Shown: positions 1 through 8,924, counted from the stretch's first letter. The stretch is 16,818 bases of DNA from an uncultured archaeon (GCA_964493715.1 CAZBPC010000074.1:1-16818); one strand, 5' to 3'. Numbers and translations: made by a program. The notes: a model not told the origin generated them from the sequence alone.

Positions 1-931
1 ATTTTCCGAAAGATTCAGGTAAGGATGTTATATTATTTAATCTAAGATTTAAGATGACTAATTCGCTTAAATTAGAAAAGGATTCTGGTAAATTAGATAA
101 TTCATTTTTCCATAAATATAGCTCCTTTAAAGAACTTAAAAGACCAAAAGAATCTGGTAAATTTTGAATATTATTGACATTTAGATTGAGATGTTCTAAA
201 TCAATTAAAGTTCCAATCCAATGTGGTAAATTTGTCAATTGGTTATATCTAAAGATCAATTTTTTTAGAGAAGTTAGATTTTTTATAGGTTCAGGAAAAG
301 ATGTTAAATTTTTAAAGATAAAATCCAACTGGGTAACTCTACAATTATTGATTTCATATTTTAACCTCCAAAATACCTTCTTAAAGTACGTTAATGTGAA
401 ATAATTCATTAAAATTGTAATATGATCGAAAATTGGATCTTTTTGTGAAGATACTATAATGTATTTCTGAATTTTAATTTTATAATCCTTATCAACAACA
501 TCTTGGAGTTCTTGTAATAAAAATGGTTTAATTAGCTTAAAATCTTGGTTTTTAAGTCCACGTAAAAATTCAACTAGAGAATTTAATATAATTTCTAATA
601 CTAATTGAGAGTCATCATTGTGAAGAGCCCACTTCATTGGTTTATAAGCTTTATCATTAAAATTAGAACTTAAAAATAAAGCAGCAGCAGCTCTGATATT
701 TTCATTAGAATCAGAAATTAAAAGATTTTCAAAGACATTAAATATATTTTCAGATAAAGAAACTGTCTTTTCATTTGTTTTCCAGATTTCAGAAAGTATT
801 TTGATGCATTTTAGACGTATTTTAAATGATTTACTATTTTCTATCAATGCAAGTAATTGTTCTAAAGCGGATCTTTTGTCAATAGTTCTATCTCTAAATT
901 TCTCTAAAATTTTGCTAGGTGCTAATTCCAT
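1..931 (-). CDS. HEAT-repeat + leucine-rich-repeat protein, paralog 1 (3'-truncated by the window edge; absent from the ORF track)
   Basis: Manual translation from ATG 931: MELAPSKILEKFRDRTIDKRSALEQLLALIENS...FENLLISDSNENIRAAAA...PMKWALHND..., then 23-aa LRRs (LTSLKKLIFRYNQLTNLPHWIGT, LIDLEHLNLNVNNIQNLPDSFGL, LSSLKELYLWKNELSNLPESFSN). The frame stays open to base 1. It shares the ENLLISD motif with the other two paralogs. Confidence 0.92.
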   Translation of the reverse strand, partial: MELAPSKILEKFRDRTIDKRSALEQLLALIENSKSFKIRLKCIKILSEIWKTNEKTVSLSENIFNVFENLLISDSNENIRAAAALFLSSNFNDKAYKPMKWALHNDDSQLVLEIILNSLVEFLRGLKNQDFKLIKPFLLQELQDVVDKDYKIKIQKYIIVSSQKDPIFDHITILMNYFTLTYFKKVFWRLKYEINNCRVTQLDFIFKNLTSFPEPIKNLTSLKKLIFRYNQLTNLPHWIGTLIDLEHLNLNVNNIQNLPDSFGLLSSLKELYLWKNELSNLPESFSNLSELVILNLRLNNITSLPESFGK

Positions 932-973
932 TGTTGTCTATAGAAAGAATTTTATTTCAAATATCAATTAGCT

Positions 974-980
974 AAAAAAA
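974..980 (-). terminator. Possible archaeal oligo-U terminator after HEAT-LRR paralog 2
   Basis: T7 run on the minus strand about 15 nt after the TAA at 996. The AT-rich background makes this weak. Confidence 0.3.
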
Positions 981-995
981 GCAAATTATTTCAAT

Positions 996-2495
996 TTATT
1001 TATAGATAACTAATCCCTTTCGTTCCAAGGATTTTAAAAAATCAGGAATTTTTACAATTGAATTAAAATTTAAATCCAAGATTTTAAGATTTTCTAGCTG
1101 AGTTAAAGATTCTGGAACTTCTACTAGTTCATTTCCCCATAGATTTAAAATTTCAAGAGATTTAAGCATTCCTATCCAACTGGGGAGAGTTTTGAATTTA
1201 TTCCAGCTTAGATTTAATGATCTTAATTTTATTAATTTTTGAAAAGAATTAGGTAGTGATTCTAAATTATTATTCCAAAGCGCAATTGATTCAATATTTT
1301 GAAGTGTTCCAATATTTTTAGGTAATTCAGTTAAATGATTATCATATAGTTGTAATTCTTCTAAATTATTTAGAGATTTAATCCATTTTGGAACAGAACT
1401 CAACCTATTTCCAGCTAAACTTAACTTTTTAAGAGATTTGAGGAATTTAATGCTCTTTGGTAATTGAATTATATTATTTAGACCTAACTCTAATACTTTA
1501 AGTGATCTTAATCCCTTCAAACTTTTAGGAAATTTTTGAAGCTTATTTCCATGAAGATCCAGAGTTTCTAATTTTGATAGGTTTTTCATTGATTTTGGTA
1601 TGGAAATTAAACGGTTTGACCTCAGATCTAAGGTTTTAAGATTTTTTAGATTATTTATGGAATGGGGTAAATATTTCAATTTATTATATTTTAGATTCAA
1701 GTATTCTAAGGATTTTAAAGAACCGATAGAATTTGGGAGGTTATTTAATTTATTATAACTTAAATCTAAATATTTTAATGCTTTCAGAGATCCTATTGAA
1801 TTCGATATCCTTGTCAATCGATTGAATTTCAAATCTAATTTTTCCAAATGCCTTAAATGGATTAAATATTCGGGGAATTTATTTAATACATTCCAACCAA
1901 ATACATGACTGCTAACATCTGATAAATATAGTTCAGAAACTAATAAATCTTTTATTGTATAATTTATATTGCCAAATTTCTTTTCTAACTCCTTAATAAT
2001 AAAGAAATTTATTAAAAATTCCGAAAGTTCTATAGTGGAATAATTTACAATAAGATTGTTTCTTATTAGCTCATCCATCTCTTTTTTAAATGAAATGTTA
2101 TCAATTTTATTTAATCTCTCTAATACTAATGACTTCGCTTCATTATGGGATAAATGACCTAATATATCCGTGATTGTAATTAAAGGGATTATTGACTCTT
2201 CATTGTTAAACGCCCATTTAACTGGTTCATAAGTTCTACTTGGGAATTTTTGCCTTAAAACACTTGCGGCAGCATTTCTAATAATTTCATGAGAATCTGA
2301 GATTAATAAATTTTCCAATAGATTAAAAATTCGGTCTTCGAATGCTCCAATTTGCCCCAATATTTTAATAGCTTCGAATCTAACTAGGGTTATTTCACTC
2401 TCTTCAATTATCGATATTAGATGATCGATAGTAGTAGTTTTATCTGTTTTTTTATTAATGAAATCATCATAAATCTTTTTGGGAGAAAAATCCAT
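996..2495 (-). CDS. HEAT-repeat + LRR protein, paralog 2 (499 aa from the probable start; 12 x 23-aa LRRs)
   Basis: ORF 996..2543. The start is moved to ATG 2495 (MDFSPKKI) because it aligns with the paralog starts MELAPSKI and MPFTPTAI. HEAT-like VRFEAIKILGQIG...LENLLISDSHEIIRNAAASVL, then 12 LxxLxxLxLxxNxLxxLPxxIxx repeats. Confidence 0.92.
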   Translation of the reverse strand: MDFSPKKIYDDFINKKTDKTTTIDHLISIIEESEITLVRFEAIKILGQIGAFEDRIFNLLENLLISDSHEIIRNAAASVLRQKFPSRTYEPVKWAFNNEESIIPLITITDILGHLSHNEAKSLVLERLNKIDNISFKKEMDELIRNNLIVNYSTIELSEFLINFFIIKELEKKFGNINYTIKDLLVSELYLSDVSSHVFGWNVLNKFPEYLIHLRHLEKLDLKFNRLTRISNSIGSLKALKYLDLSYNKLNNLPNSIGSLKSLEYLNLKYNKLKYLPHSINNLKNLKTLDLRSNRLISIPKSMKNLSKLETLDLHGNKLQKFPKSLKGLRSLKVLELGLNNIIQLPKSIKFLKSLKKLSLAGNRLSSVPKWIKSLNNLEELQLYDNHLTELPKNIGTLQNIESIALWNNNLESLPNSFQKLIKLRSLNLSWNKFKTLPSWIGMLKSLEILNLWGNELVEVPESLTQLENLKILDLNFNSIVKIPDFLKSLERKGLVIYK

Positions 2496-2576
2496 TCTTA
2501 TTCCAAATCCTAGAAAGTTATTAAATTTATGATTTAATTTCATTAATTTTATTATGTATCACAAAAGCAGACAATA

Positions 2577-4481
2577 TTATAAAAGATATCTCGTTAAACC
2601 AAGTTCTTTTAATTTATGGGTGGAAGGAGTCCCATTTTCTTTATCCCAACCACGTTCATCATAATAATCATCCAGTAATTGTTTAGCAATATCCCTATTA
2701 ATTTTTACATTTCCATAGAAATCGTAAAATTCGAGTTTATTTTCACCATATTTTAAAGGTGTGAACCAATTTTTTGGGAATGCGTCATCTTGCCGAGAAA
2801 AACCTTCCTTAACATTCATTAATTTCATTAGATTCCATGATCTCTCAGCTGCTAGTCTTATTTCATCAACCTTTAAATTGAGTCCAGTTATTGCATTATA
2901 AAAAGATGTAACGAGTTCCAAACTATAAAATCTGTTCATCTGTGCTCGAGCACATAATCCAAATGATGTTAATATTGTATACCAATCTTCTGAATATCTG
3001 GTTAATCTACCAACATTTATATTCATCTCTTTTTTGGGTGGTCTAAATAACCTATCTACAGCGCTCTCAGGGATTCCCATTCTATTAAAGTGGGATTTCA
3101 TTTTTTCTATTCCTCCTCCTGCACCAACATAAGTTGGGGATCCTCCTGAAGCAACATGCGCCCCTTTCGGATTAACCACCTGCTCAAATTCCATAGTTCC
3201 TAGCTTTAAAAACCTTGGTTCAAAAACGACATCTAAACCTTTTATAGTAAGCATTTCTTCTTCCAAATTAGCTTTTAAACGTGTGATTTCTTTCCAACCA
3301 TCAGCTAAGATATTCCCAATCCCATTTCTATAGGTTATGATCTCAATTAAATGTTCATAAGTATTATAGTCCTTTTTCCATTCAAATCCTAAATCTTTGT
3401 TTGTAAGAGAACCTTGATCGATCATTCTTGATATAAAATCAAATAATGAGGTAATTGTGAGAGAATCTAATCCATATCGACTGATTACGTCAAATATTTT
3501 AATTGCTCGATCATAAGAACTTAAGCCATCAGAAGTGAACATCAAAAAGGGATTAATTATTGATGAAGTGTAATTCAGCAGTCCTTCAAATTTTCCTTCG
3601 CGTATCTCAAGAATATCCTTATCAGCCATTGGGCAACTAGGGCATCCAATTCTTCTGAATTTTATATTTTTAAGATAATTTCGATCACTACATTGTCTTG
3701 CTTTCTTTTTTTCGCCTTTTGCGTTTAATATCATTCCAACGGGTAAGCTTCTCAACATTCCAAGTTCAATCCATGAATCTCTATGTGGATATTTCCGAAC
3801 TCGATCAATAAAACTATCATATAATTTATTAAATTGTTTTGGGTTAGCAATTTCGATTCCTTTTGAACCTTTAACTACAATTGCCTTTAAGTTTTTTGAT
3901 CCCATTATTGCACCTAAGCCTCCCCGACCTAAAGTTGAAGTTTTATCTATTAAAGTGATTGCTCCAAATACCAAATTTTCTCCCGCTTGACCAATTGCTA
4001 TCACTCCGCAATCATCGTATTTCCTCCACATCAAATTGGTTGTTTCAACAATATCTAATCCCCAAATTTTGTCTGCATTGACTAAATCGATATGATCATC
4101 AAATATGTATAGATATTTTGGTTTATCTGCTTTTCCAGATAAAATTATATGGTCATAACCAGCTTGTTTTAGATGAAATCCGAAGCTCATTCCACCACAA
4201 ACGCTGGCAACTGCTCCTGTAGCAGGAAATTTTGAGAACCCAGAAGTTCTAGATGCTCCGGGCATTATAGTACCTACCATTGGTCCTGTACCAAGTACAA
4301 TTATGTTATCAGGGGAAAGAGGATTCGTTCTGGGTTTCAATCGTTCAGCTCCCAGAAAGAAATTCATACCCATACCACCAAGGAATTTCTTGACATCTTT
4401 GAGATCTTCTCCAGTAGAGGAAATTTTCTCATCTGATAGGTTAATTTCTAGTATTTTACCAGTATATCCATACCAATTCAA
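2577..4481 (-). CDS. aor: Aldehyde:ferredoxin oxidoreductase (W/Mo-bis-pterin AOR family), divergent
   Basis: AOR-family motifs GYTGKILEINLS, LKQAGYDHIILSGKA, IGQAGENL, GRGGLGAIMGSKNLKAIVV and C-terminal LLDDYYDERGWD..G.P....LKELGL. The TTG start overlaps the ferredoxin TGA (TTGA 4481-4478) and has an SD-like GAGGTGA 7 nt upstream. Confidence 0.88.
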   Translation of the reverse strand: MNWYGYTGKILEINLSDEKISSTGEDLKDVKKFLGGMGMNFFLGAERLKPRTNPLSPDNIIVLGTGPMVGTIMPGASRTSGFSKFPATGAVASVCGGMSFGFHLKQAGYDHIILSGKADKPKYLYIFDDHIDLVNADKIWGLDIVETTNLMWRKYDDCGVIAIGQAGENLVFGAITLIDKTSTLGRGGLGAIMGSKNLKAIVVKGSKGIEIANPKQFNKLYDSFIDRVRKYPHRDSWIELGMLRSLPVGMILNAKGEKKKARQCSDRNYLKNIKFRRIGCPSCPMADKDILEIREGKFEGLLNYTSSIINPFLMFTSDGLSSYDRAIKIFDVISRYGLDSLTITSLFDFISRMIDQGSLTNKDLGFEWKKDYNTYEHLIEIITYRNGIGNILADGWKEITRLKANLEEEMLTIKGLDVVFEPRFLKLGTMEFEQVVNPKGAHVASGGSPTYVGAGGGIEKMKSHFNRMGIPESAVDRLFRPPKKEMNINVGRLTRYSEDWYTILTSFGLCARAQMNRFYSLELVTSFYNAITGLNLKVDEIRLAAERSWNLMKLMNVKEGFSRQDDAFPKNWFTPLKYGENKLEFYDFYGNVKINRDIAKQLLDDYYDERGWDKENGTPSTHKLKELGLTRYLL

Positions 4482-4717
4482 TTTTCATTCACCTCAATAA
4501 TTTCTAGTGCTCCATATAAACAGTGACGCGCACAATGTCCACATTTTATGCAATCTTCTGAAAATTCGATTTTTGGGGTTAATTCATAGATATCATGTAA
4601 TTCAATTCTAGAAAAAGCTGGCAAGTATTTCCCATTATATAGAAAGGAGCAAGAAAGTTGGCAGATTCGACAACCCACACACTTTTCTGGATGGATTAGA
4701 ATTTCATAAACTCCCAT
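4478..4717 (-). CDS. Small 2x[4Fe-4S] ferredoxin-like protein, probable AOR partner
   Basis: CVGCRICQLSC and CIKCGHCARHCLYGAL motifs; 4-nt overlap with aor suggests translational coupling. Confidence 0.9.
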   Translation of the reverse strand: MGVYEILIHPEKCVGCRICQLSCSFLYNGKYLPAFSRIELHDIYELTPKIEFSEDCIKCGHCARHCLYGALEIIEVNEN

Positions 4718-4737
4718 AATAATAAATAAACAGAAGG

Positions 4738-6240
4738 TTATATATTAACAATTACTCCTTTTTCCCTTATTTTTTTTATTTCTTTTGGAATATCCGTAAA
4801 TTTATTAAAATTAAGATATAAAGTTTTCAGATTGGCTAAGGTTTCGATTTCATTTGGAATTACTTCTATTTTATTTCCCCACAGATTTAATATCTCAAGA
4901 GATTTCAGAGAACCAATCCATATAGGAATCTCTGTGATATTATTCCAACTAAAATTCAGCGATTTTAGATTTTTTAGATTTGAGATACAAAAGGGTATTT
5001 TTTGAAAATGATTATTCCTAAAGTTTAGTAATTCTAATGTCTCTAATAAACTAAAATTTTCAGGGAGGTCTTTTAATTGATTATCATGAATTGAAAATTG
5101 TTTTAAATTTTTTAAATTTCCGATCCAAACAGGTAATTCTTTAATTTGATTACGTTCAAGATTTAGTTCAATTAATACGTTTAATTTTTTAATACAATCG
5201 GGAATATGGTCAAAATTGTTCCATCCAAGTTCAATTTGAGAGAGTGATACCAAAGAATCTATATCTATTAGAAAATTGGAGAATTGATTATGATGTAAAT
5301 CTAACAATTTCAGTTTCTTTAAAAAACCTATAGAGGAAGGAAGTGTATTAAGAGAATTGTCTCTCAGAATCAATGTTTCAAGATGATTTAAATTATTAAT
5401 GGTTTCAGGAAGAGATTTTAATCTGTTAGATTTAAGATTTAGCACTTTCAATTTTGTGAATACTGAAATGGAATTAGGTAATTTATAGATATCATTATAA
5501 CTTAAATCTAAATATTCAAGTTGATTAACTCTATTTATTACTTCTGGAATTGTCTTAAGATGATTATTACTCAAATCTAATCTTTCTAAAAATGAAAGAG
5601 ACAATATTGCTTCAATGGAGTTAAATAATTTGTTGAAGCCTAAACCTTGATAATCTACATTTGATAAATCTAAATCAGTAATGGCACCATTCTTATTAAG
5701 AGAAAATATTATATGACCAAATTTAAGTTTTAATGAACAAATTACAAGATAATTTATTAGAATTTCTGCTAACTCAAAATTATTCAAATTTTTTAAATCT
5801 TGTATTTTAACTATATCTTTTAGGTTATATTTATATTTCTTCTTATAGAATTCATTAATTTTCTTAACTAAAATTGACCGAGTCTTTTCATTTTCCATTA
5901 CTGCTAAAGAGTTTATTATCCCTATCTGAACTGCAAGTGACTTTTCGTTTTGTAGTACCCAATTAATTGGTGGAATCGCATGCTCGATGAATAATGTAGT
6001 TAAAATTTTAGCTGATTGAATCCTTATTTCCTCACTATTATCCGAAATTAAAAGATTTTCTAAAAATGTGAACAATCTTTTAGATTTATCATCAATTTTC
6101 TCTAAAACTTTAATAGCTTCTAAACGCGTATCAATATTTTCGGAATTATCAATGTTGGTTATTAACAAGTCGATGGCAGAAGCTTTGTCTAAATTACCAC
6201 TTTGAACATCATTTAAAATAGCAGTTGGAGTGAATGGCAT
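4738..6240 (-). CDS. HEAT-repeat + LRR protein, paralog 3 (500 aa; 12 x 23-aa LRRs)
   Basis: TRLEAIKVLEKI...LENLLISDNSEEIRIQSAKIL, then 12 LRRs colinear with paralog 2 (both contain LKSLEILNLWGN). Confidence 0.92.
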   Translation of the reverse strand: MPFTPTAILNDVQSGNLDKASAIDLLITNIDNSENIDTRLEAIKVLEKIDDKSKRLFTFLENLLISDNSEEIRIQSAKILTTLFIEHAIPPINWVLQNEKSLAVQIGIINSLAVMENEKTRSILVKKINEFYKKKYKYNLKDIVKIQDLKNLNNFELAEILINYLVICSLKLKFGHIIFSLNKNGAITDLDLSNVDYQGLGFNKLFNSIEAILSLSFLERLDLSNNHLKTIPEVINRVNQLEYLDLSYNDIYKLPNSISVFTKLKVLNLKSNRLKSLPETINNLNHLETLILRDNSLNTLPSSIGFLKKLKLLDLHHNQFSNFLIDIDSLVSLSQIELGWNNFDHIPDCIKKLNVLIELNLERNQIKELPVWIGNLKNLKQFSIHDNQLKDLPENFSLLETLELLNFRNNHFQKIPFCISNLKNLKSLNFSWNNITEIPIWIGSLKSLEILNLWGNKIEVIPNEIETLANLKTLYLNFNKFTDIPKEIKKIREKGVIVNI

Positions 6241-6253
6241 ACCTAATCTCTTT

Positions 6254-7228
6254 TCAACTCTTTAGAATTTCATCCATTTTTTTAAAAGTAGTGTTTTTTA
6301 AACTGAATTCTGAATGTAAACCTTTTAATGATTTTATTCTATTGAACTCGGAATCTTGTATATTAATGTCTTTGCATCCACCTAGTGCCAATTTTTTACT
6401 AATTGTAGTTAAAATGTTTAAGTCTTGGCAAAATTTAAGAAGAAACGAATTGTTTATACTCGATTTTTCAATAAGAGTGTTTTTAACATCATAAAGTCTC
6501 AAGTTTTTTACGAAAATGTTTCTTAAAATCAAAAATTCTCTCACATGAAAAAATTCGAGAGTTTTTATCTTAAATGGTACTGAATCTAAAGAATCGATTA
6601 TTATAGGATCGTCACTCGTTCCCTTTCCAGTGCATTCTACTTCCCAGGAGACTGCGCCTTTGGAATTCGCATAACAATCAATATGATATGTAGGTTTTAA
6701 AGTTTTATCAACTGGAGCTTCCATCAATTTGTAGTCCCTTTCATTGGGATCACAAACTTCATTGTCTTTAATCACATTATTTCTACTTAATCCACCTGGA
6801 TTATAGATGAAATTATAAAATGAACATTGTTCGAAGATATTGTTGTAGCACTTATAAATGGTAGCAGATTCTTCAGAAATCAATTTAAAGATCCTAGAAT
6901 TATGGCATTCTATCATTTTAAACCAACTACATTTTATTCCTTCTGCATAAATATTTAAACAATTTCTTAAATCTAAAATTCGTAACTTACAATTGATAAT
7001 TGAAATATTGGCACAGTAAAAGATGTTTAAGAACGCCAATGTACAATCCTTAAAAATAATATAAATATCAGATTCTAATACCTCAATGTTTAATTTTGGA
7101 TCTGAATAGGAATCTATTACAGCAGGATTGTCCTTAGTACCCAATCCAATACATTCTATTTCTAGATCCTCGAATTTAATTGGATATCCAATAAAAGAAT
7201 ACTTTGCTATTCGTAATTGTACCTTCAT
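6254..7228 (-). CDS. Hypothetical protein with two tandem GxGTxD(N/D)P-capped right-handed beta-helix-like modules
   Basis: 324-aa ORF in the operon-like run. IECIGLGTKDNPAVIDS and VECTGKGTSDDPIIIDS are each followed by periodic xCxN/xCxD beta-rich coils. The fold is inferred. Confidence 0.7.
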   Translation of the reverse strand: MKVQLRIAKYSFIGYPIKFEDLEIECIGLGTKDNPAVIDSYSDPKLNIEVLESDIYIIFKDCTLAFLNIFYCANISIINCKLRILDLRNCLNIYAEGIKCSWFKMIECHNSRIFKLISEESATIYKCYNNIFEQCSFYNFIYNPGGLSRNNVIKDNEVCDPNERDYKLMEAPVDKTLKPTYHIDCYANSKGAVSWEVECTGKGTSDDPIIIDSLDSVPFKIKTLEFFHVREFLILRNIFVKNLRLYDVKNTLIEKSSINNSFLLKFCQDLNILTTISKKLALGGCKDINIQDSEFNRIKSLKGLHSEFSLKNTTFKKMDEILKS

Positions 7229-7255
7229 AATAATATACCATCTTGTGAGGGGAAA

Positions 7256-8794
7256 TCAGATTCTTTCAATCATCATCCCACCTAGTATAATGGGTCCTCC
7301 AGTAGAATTGTATATTTTCTCTGCTCTTTTTAGTTTTATTTGGCTTTCTGCATATATTTTAAACACGAGATCTCCCTCTTCTATTCTTGCACCTTGTTTT
7401 TTAAAGATTTCCACACCTGATTTTTTAGAGTAAGGACACCCCGCAGCTTTAGCGATTTGATTGATTATTTTATTGTTTACTCCAGTAATATGACCCGCCT
7501 TAACTGCATAAAATTCATTTTTATACGGACCTAATTCTATATCTTGAGGTTGGATATTGGGATTTCCTCCTTGTGCTTCAATTATTTTTATCATCTTATC
7601 ATATGCTTTTCCAGAACGTAAAATTTCTTTTGCTAAGGTTTGACCCCTACCACGTTGAACTTTTCCACCCATTTCAAGCAATATTCCGGCTAAATCAGTA
7701 GATTTTTCAATCAAAGAGTTTGGTCCTGCAGAATAGTTCATGAGTAATGAAAGTGCTTCTTTTGCTTCTAAAGCAGGACCAATAGCATGACCTATTGGTT
7801 GATGCGCTAAGGTTAAAGCACATTCCGCTTCAATCCCTACATTTTTCGCGATTTCTTTAAAAACATAAGCAAACTCTTTCCCATTATTTGCTGTTGGAAA
7901 TTTAGTTCCAGGACCGCATGGTATGTCTAAAACAAGTTTTTTCACACCTAATGAAAGTTTTTTTGCAAGAATCGAGGGTATCATAAGCCCTATAGGATCC
8001 ATATGGAGAGGACGTTCAATCTCAATGAGAATATTATCTGCAGGCGCAGTGTTAAGTGCACCTCCCCAAATTATACAAGCATTTTCCTTAGAGACGATTT
8101 CCTTTAATTCTTCATATTCAAATGCAACCGGAGCCAATACTTCCATAGAATCTGCTGTACCAGATGGAGAAGTAATTGCTCTAGTCGATGATTTAGGAAT
8201 AGTTATTCCAGCTGCAGCTACAATAGGGACGATTATTAATGAGACTTTATTTCCAGGAACTCCCCCCGTGCTATGTTTATCAAATACATTAGTTCCGAAG
8301 TTATAAATTTTCCCACTCCGAGCTTCTGCAAGAGTTAAAGCAGTCATTTCATCATGGTCCATTCCATTTATAGCTACACCTGTAATAAAAGCAGCTAATT
8401 CTATTTTTGGCAATGAACCCGAAACAGCATCTTTGATAATTTTATTTATTTCTTCTCCCGTAAGTTTATTTGCTTTTATTTTTTTTTGGATAAAACTGAA
8501 AGACTCCGGTGGATCAGCAGGTTTAATGGAAAGCATCACACCCTCTTTAATATTCTTTTTTTCTTTTAAAAGATCAAGAGAGAGTCCTATTTCTCCGGGT
8601 TGAACTATTGAATTAGAATGATCAATCTCTAAAATAGCAACCCAGTATTTATCCTCAATAGATTTTGATTTAATATTTTTAATTCTTATTCTTTCTCCAG
8701 CTTTTTGTCCAAGTTCTAATGAATCGTTATAGGTAATAATAACATCTTTCCTATTTCCCGTTTCATAATTCATTACTTTAACTTTTAATTTCAT
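7256..8794 (-). CDS. deoA: AMP phosphorylase (archaeal nucleoside-monophosphate phosphorylase, thymidine phosphorylase family)
   Basis: DKHSTGGVPGNKVSL, IPKSSTRAITSPSGTADSMEVL, SILAKK, LDIPCGPGTK, QPIGHAIGPALEAKEAL, IIEAQGG; 512 aa with the N-terminal extension typical of AMP phosphorylases. Confidence 0.93.
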   Translation of the reverse strand: MKLKVKVMNYETGNRKDVIITYNDSLELGQKAGERIRIKNIKSKSIEDKYWVAILEIDHSNSIVQPGEIGLSLDLLKEKKNIKEGVMLSIKPADPPESFSFIQKKIKANKLTGEEINKIIKDAVSGSLPKIELAAFITGVAINGMDHDEMTALTLAEARSGKIYNFGTNVFDKHSTGGVPGNKVSLIIVPIVAAAGITIPKSSTRAITSPSGTADSMEVLAPVAFEYEELKEIVSKENACIIWGGALNTAPADNILIEIERPLHMDPIGLMIPSILAKKLSLGVKKLVLDIPCGPGTKFPTANNGKEFAYVFKEIAKNVGIEAECALTLAHQPIGHAIGPALEAKEALSLLMNYSAGPNSLIEKSTDLAGILLEMGGKVQRGRGQTLAKEILRSGKAYDKMIKIIEAQGGNPNIQPQDIELGPYKNEFYAVKAGHITGVNNKIINQIAKAAGCPYSKKSGVEIFKKQGARIEEGDLVFKIYAESQIKLKRAEKIYNSTGGPIILGGMMIERI

Positions 8795-8823
8795 AGTAAT
8801 TCACAAATAAATTAATTTAGAGA

Positions 8824-8831
8824 TATATAAA
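8824..8831 (-). promoter_or_regulatory. Candidate TATA box for the deoA-led transcript
   Basis: TTTATATA on the minus strand about 30 bp upstream of ATG 8794, in the divergent intergenic region; the spacing fits a leaderless or short-leader archaeal transcript. Confidence 0.4.
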
Positions 8832-8887
8832 ATTTAAGTTAAATAAGTTTAATGTGCATAATCTTTACTTCCTATTGAGCTTATTTT

Positions 8888-8905
8888 GGAAAAGTTATTT
8901 AAAAA
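8888..8905 (+). promoter_or_regulatory. Candidate BRE/TATA for the M24 peptidase gene
   Basis: Purine-rich GGAAAAG followed by TTATTTAAAAA about 25 bp upstream of ATG 8925. Confidence 0.3.
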
Positions 8906-8924
8906 TTATGAAATTATTTCAATT

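Noticed and set aside
2496-2543. 16-aa N-terminal extension of LRR paralog 2 given by the ORF track
   Set aside because: Both paralogs begin at the position equivalent to Met at 2495.
4451-4480. Sec read-through or fusion at the ferredoxin TGA
   Set aside because: Not at a Cys position; the frame reaches TAG nine codons later, and aor is in a different frame with its own SD and TTG.
996-6240. LRR genes as NLR/Roco/TIR immune receptors
   Set aside because: No P-loop NTPase, Roc-COR or TIR domain in the two complete paralogs; the C-terminus of paralog 1 is outside the window and cannot be judged.
174-8306. Plus-strand ORFs 174-404, 4303-4500, 6234-6494, 7128-7433 and 7923-8306
   Set aside because: Antisense shadows of well-supported minus-strand genes, with no recognisable motifs.
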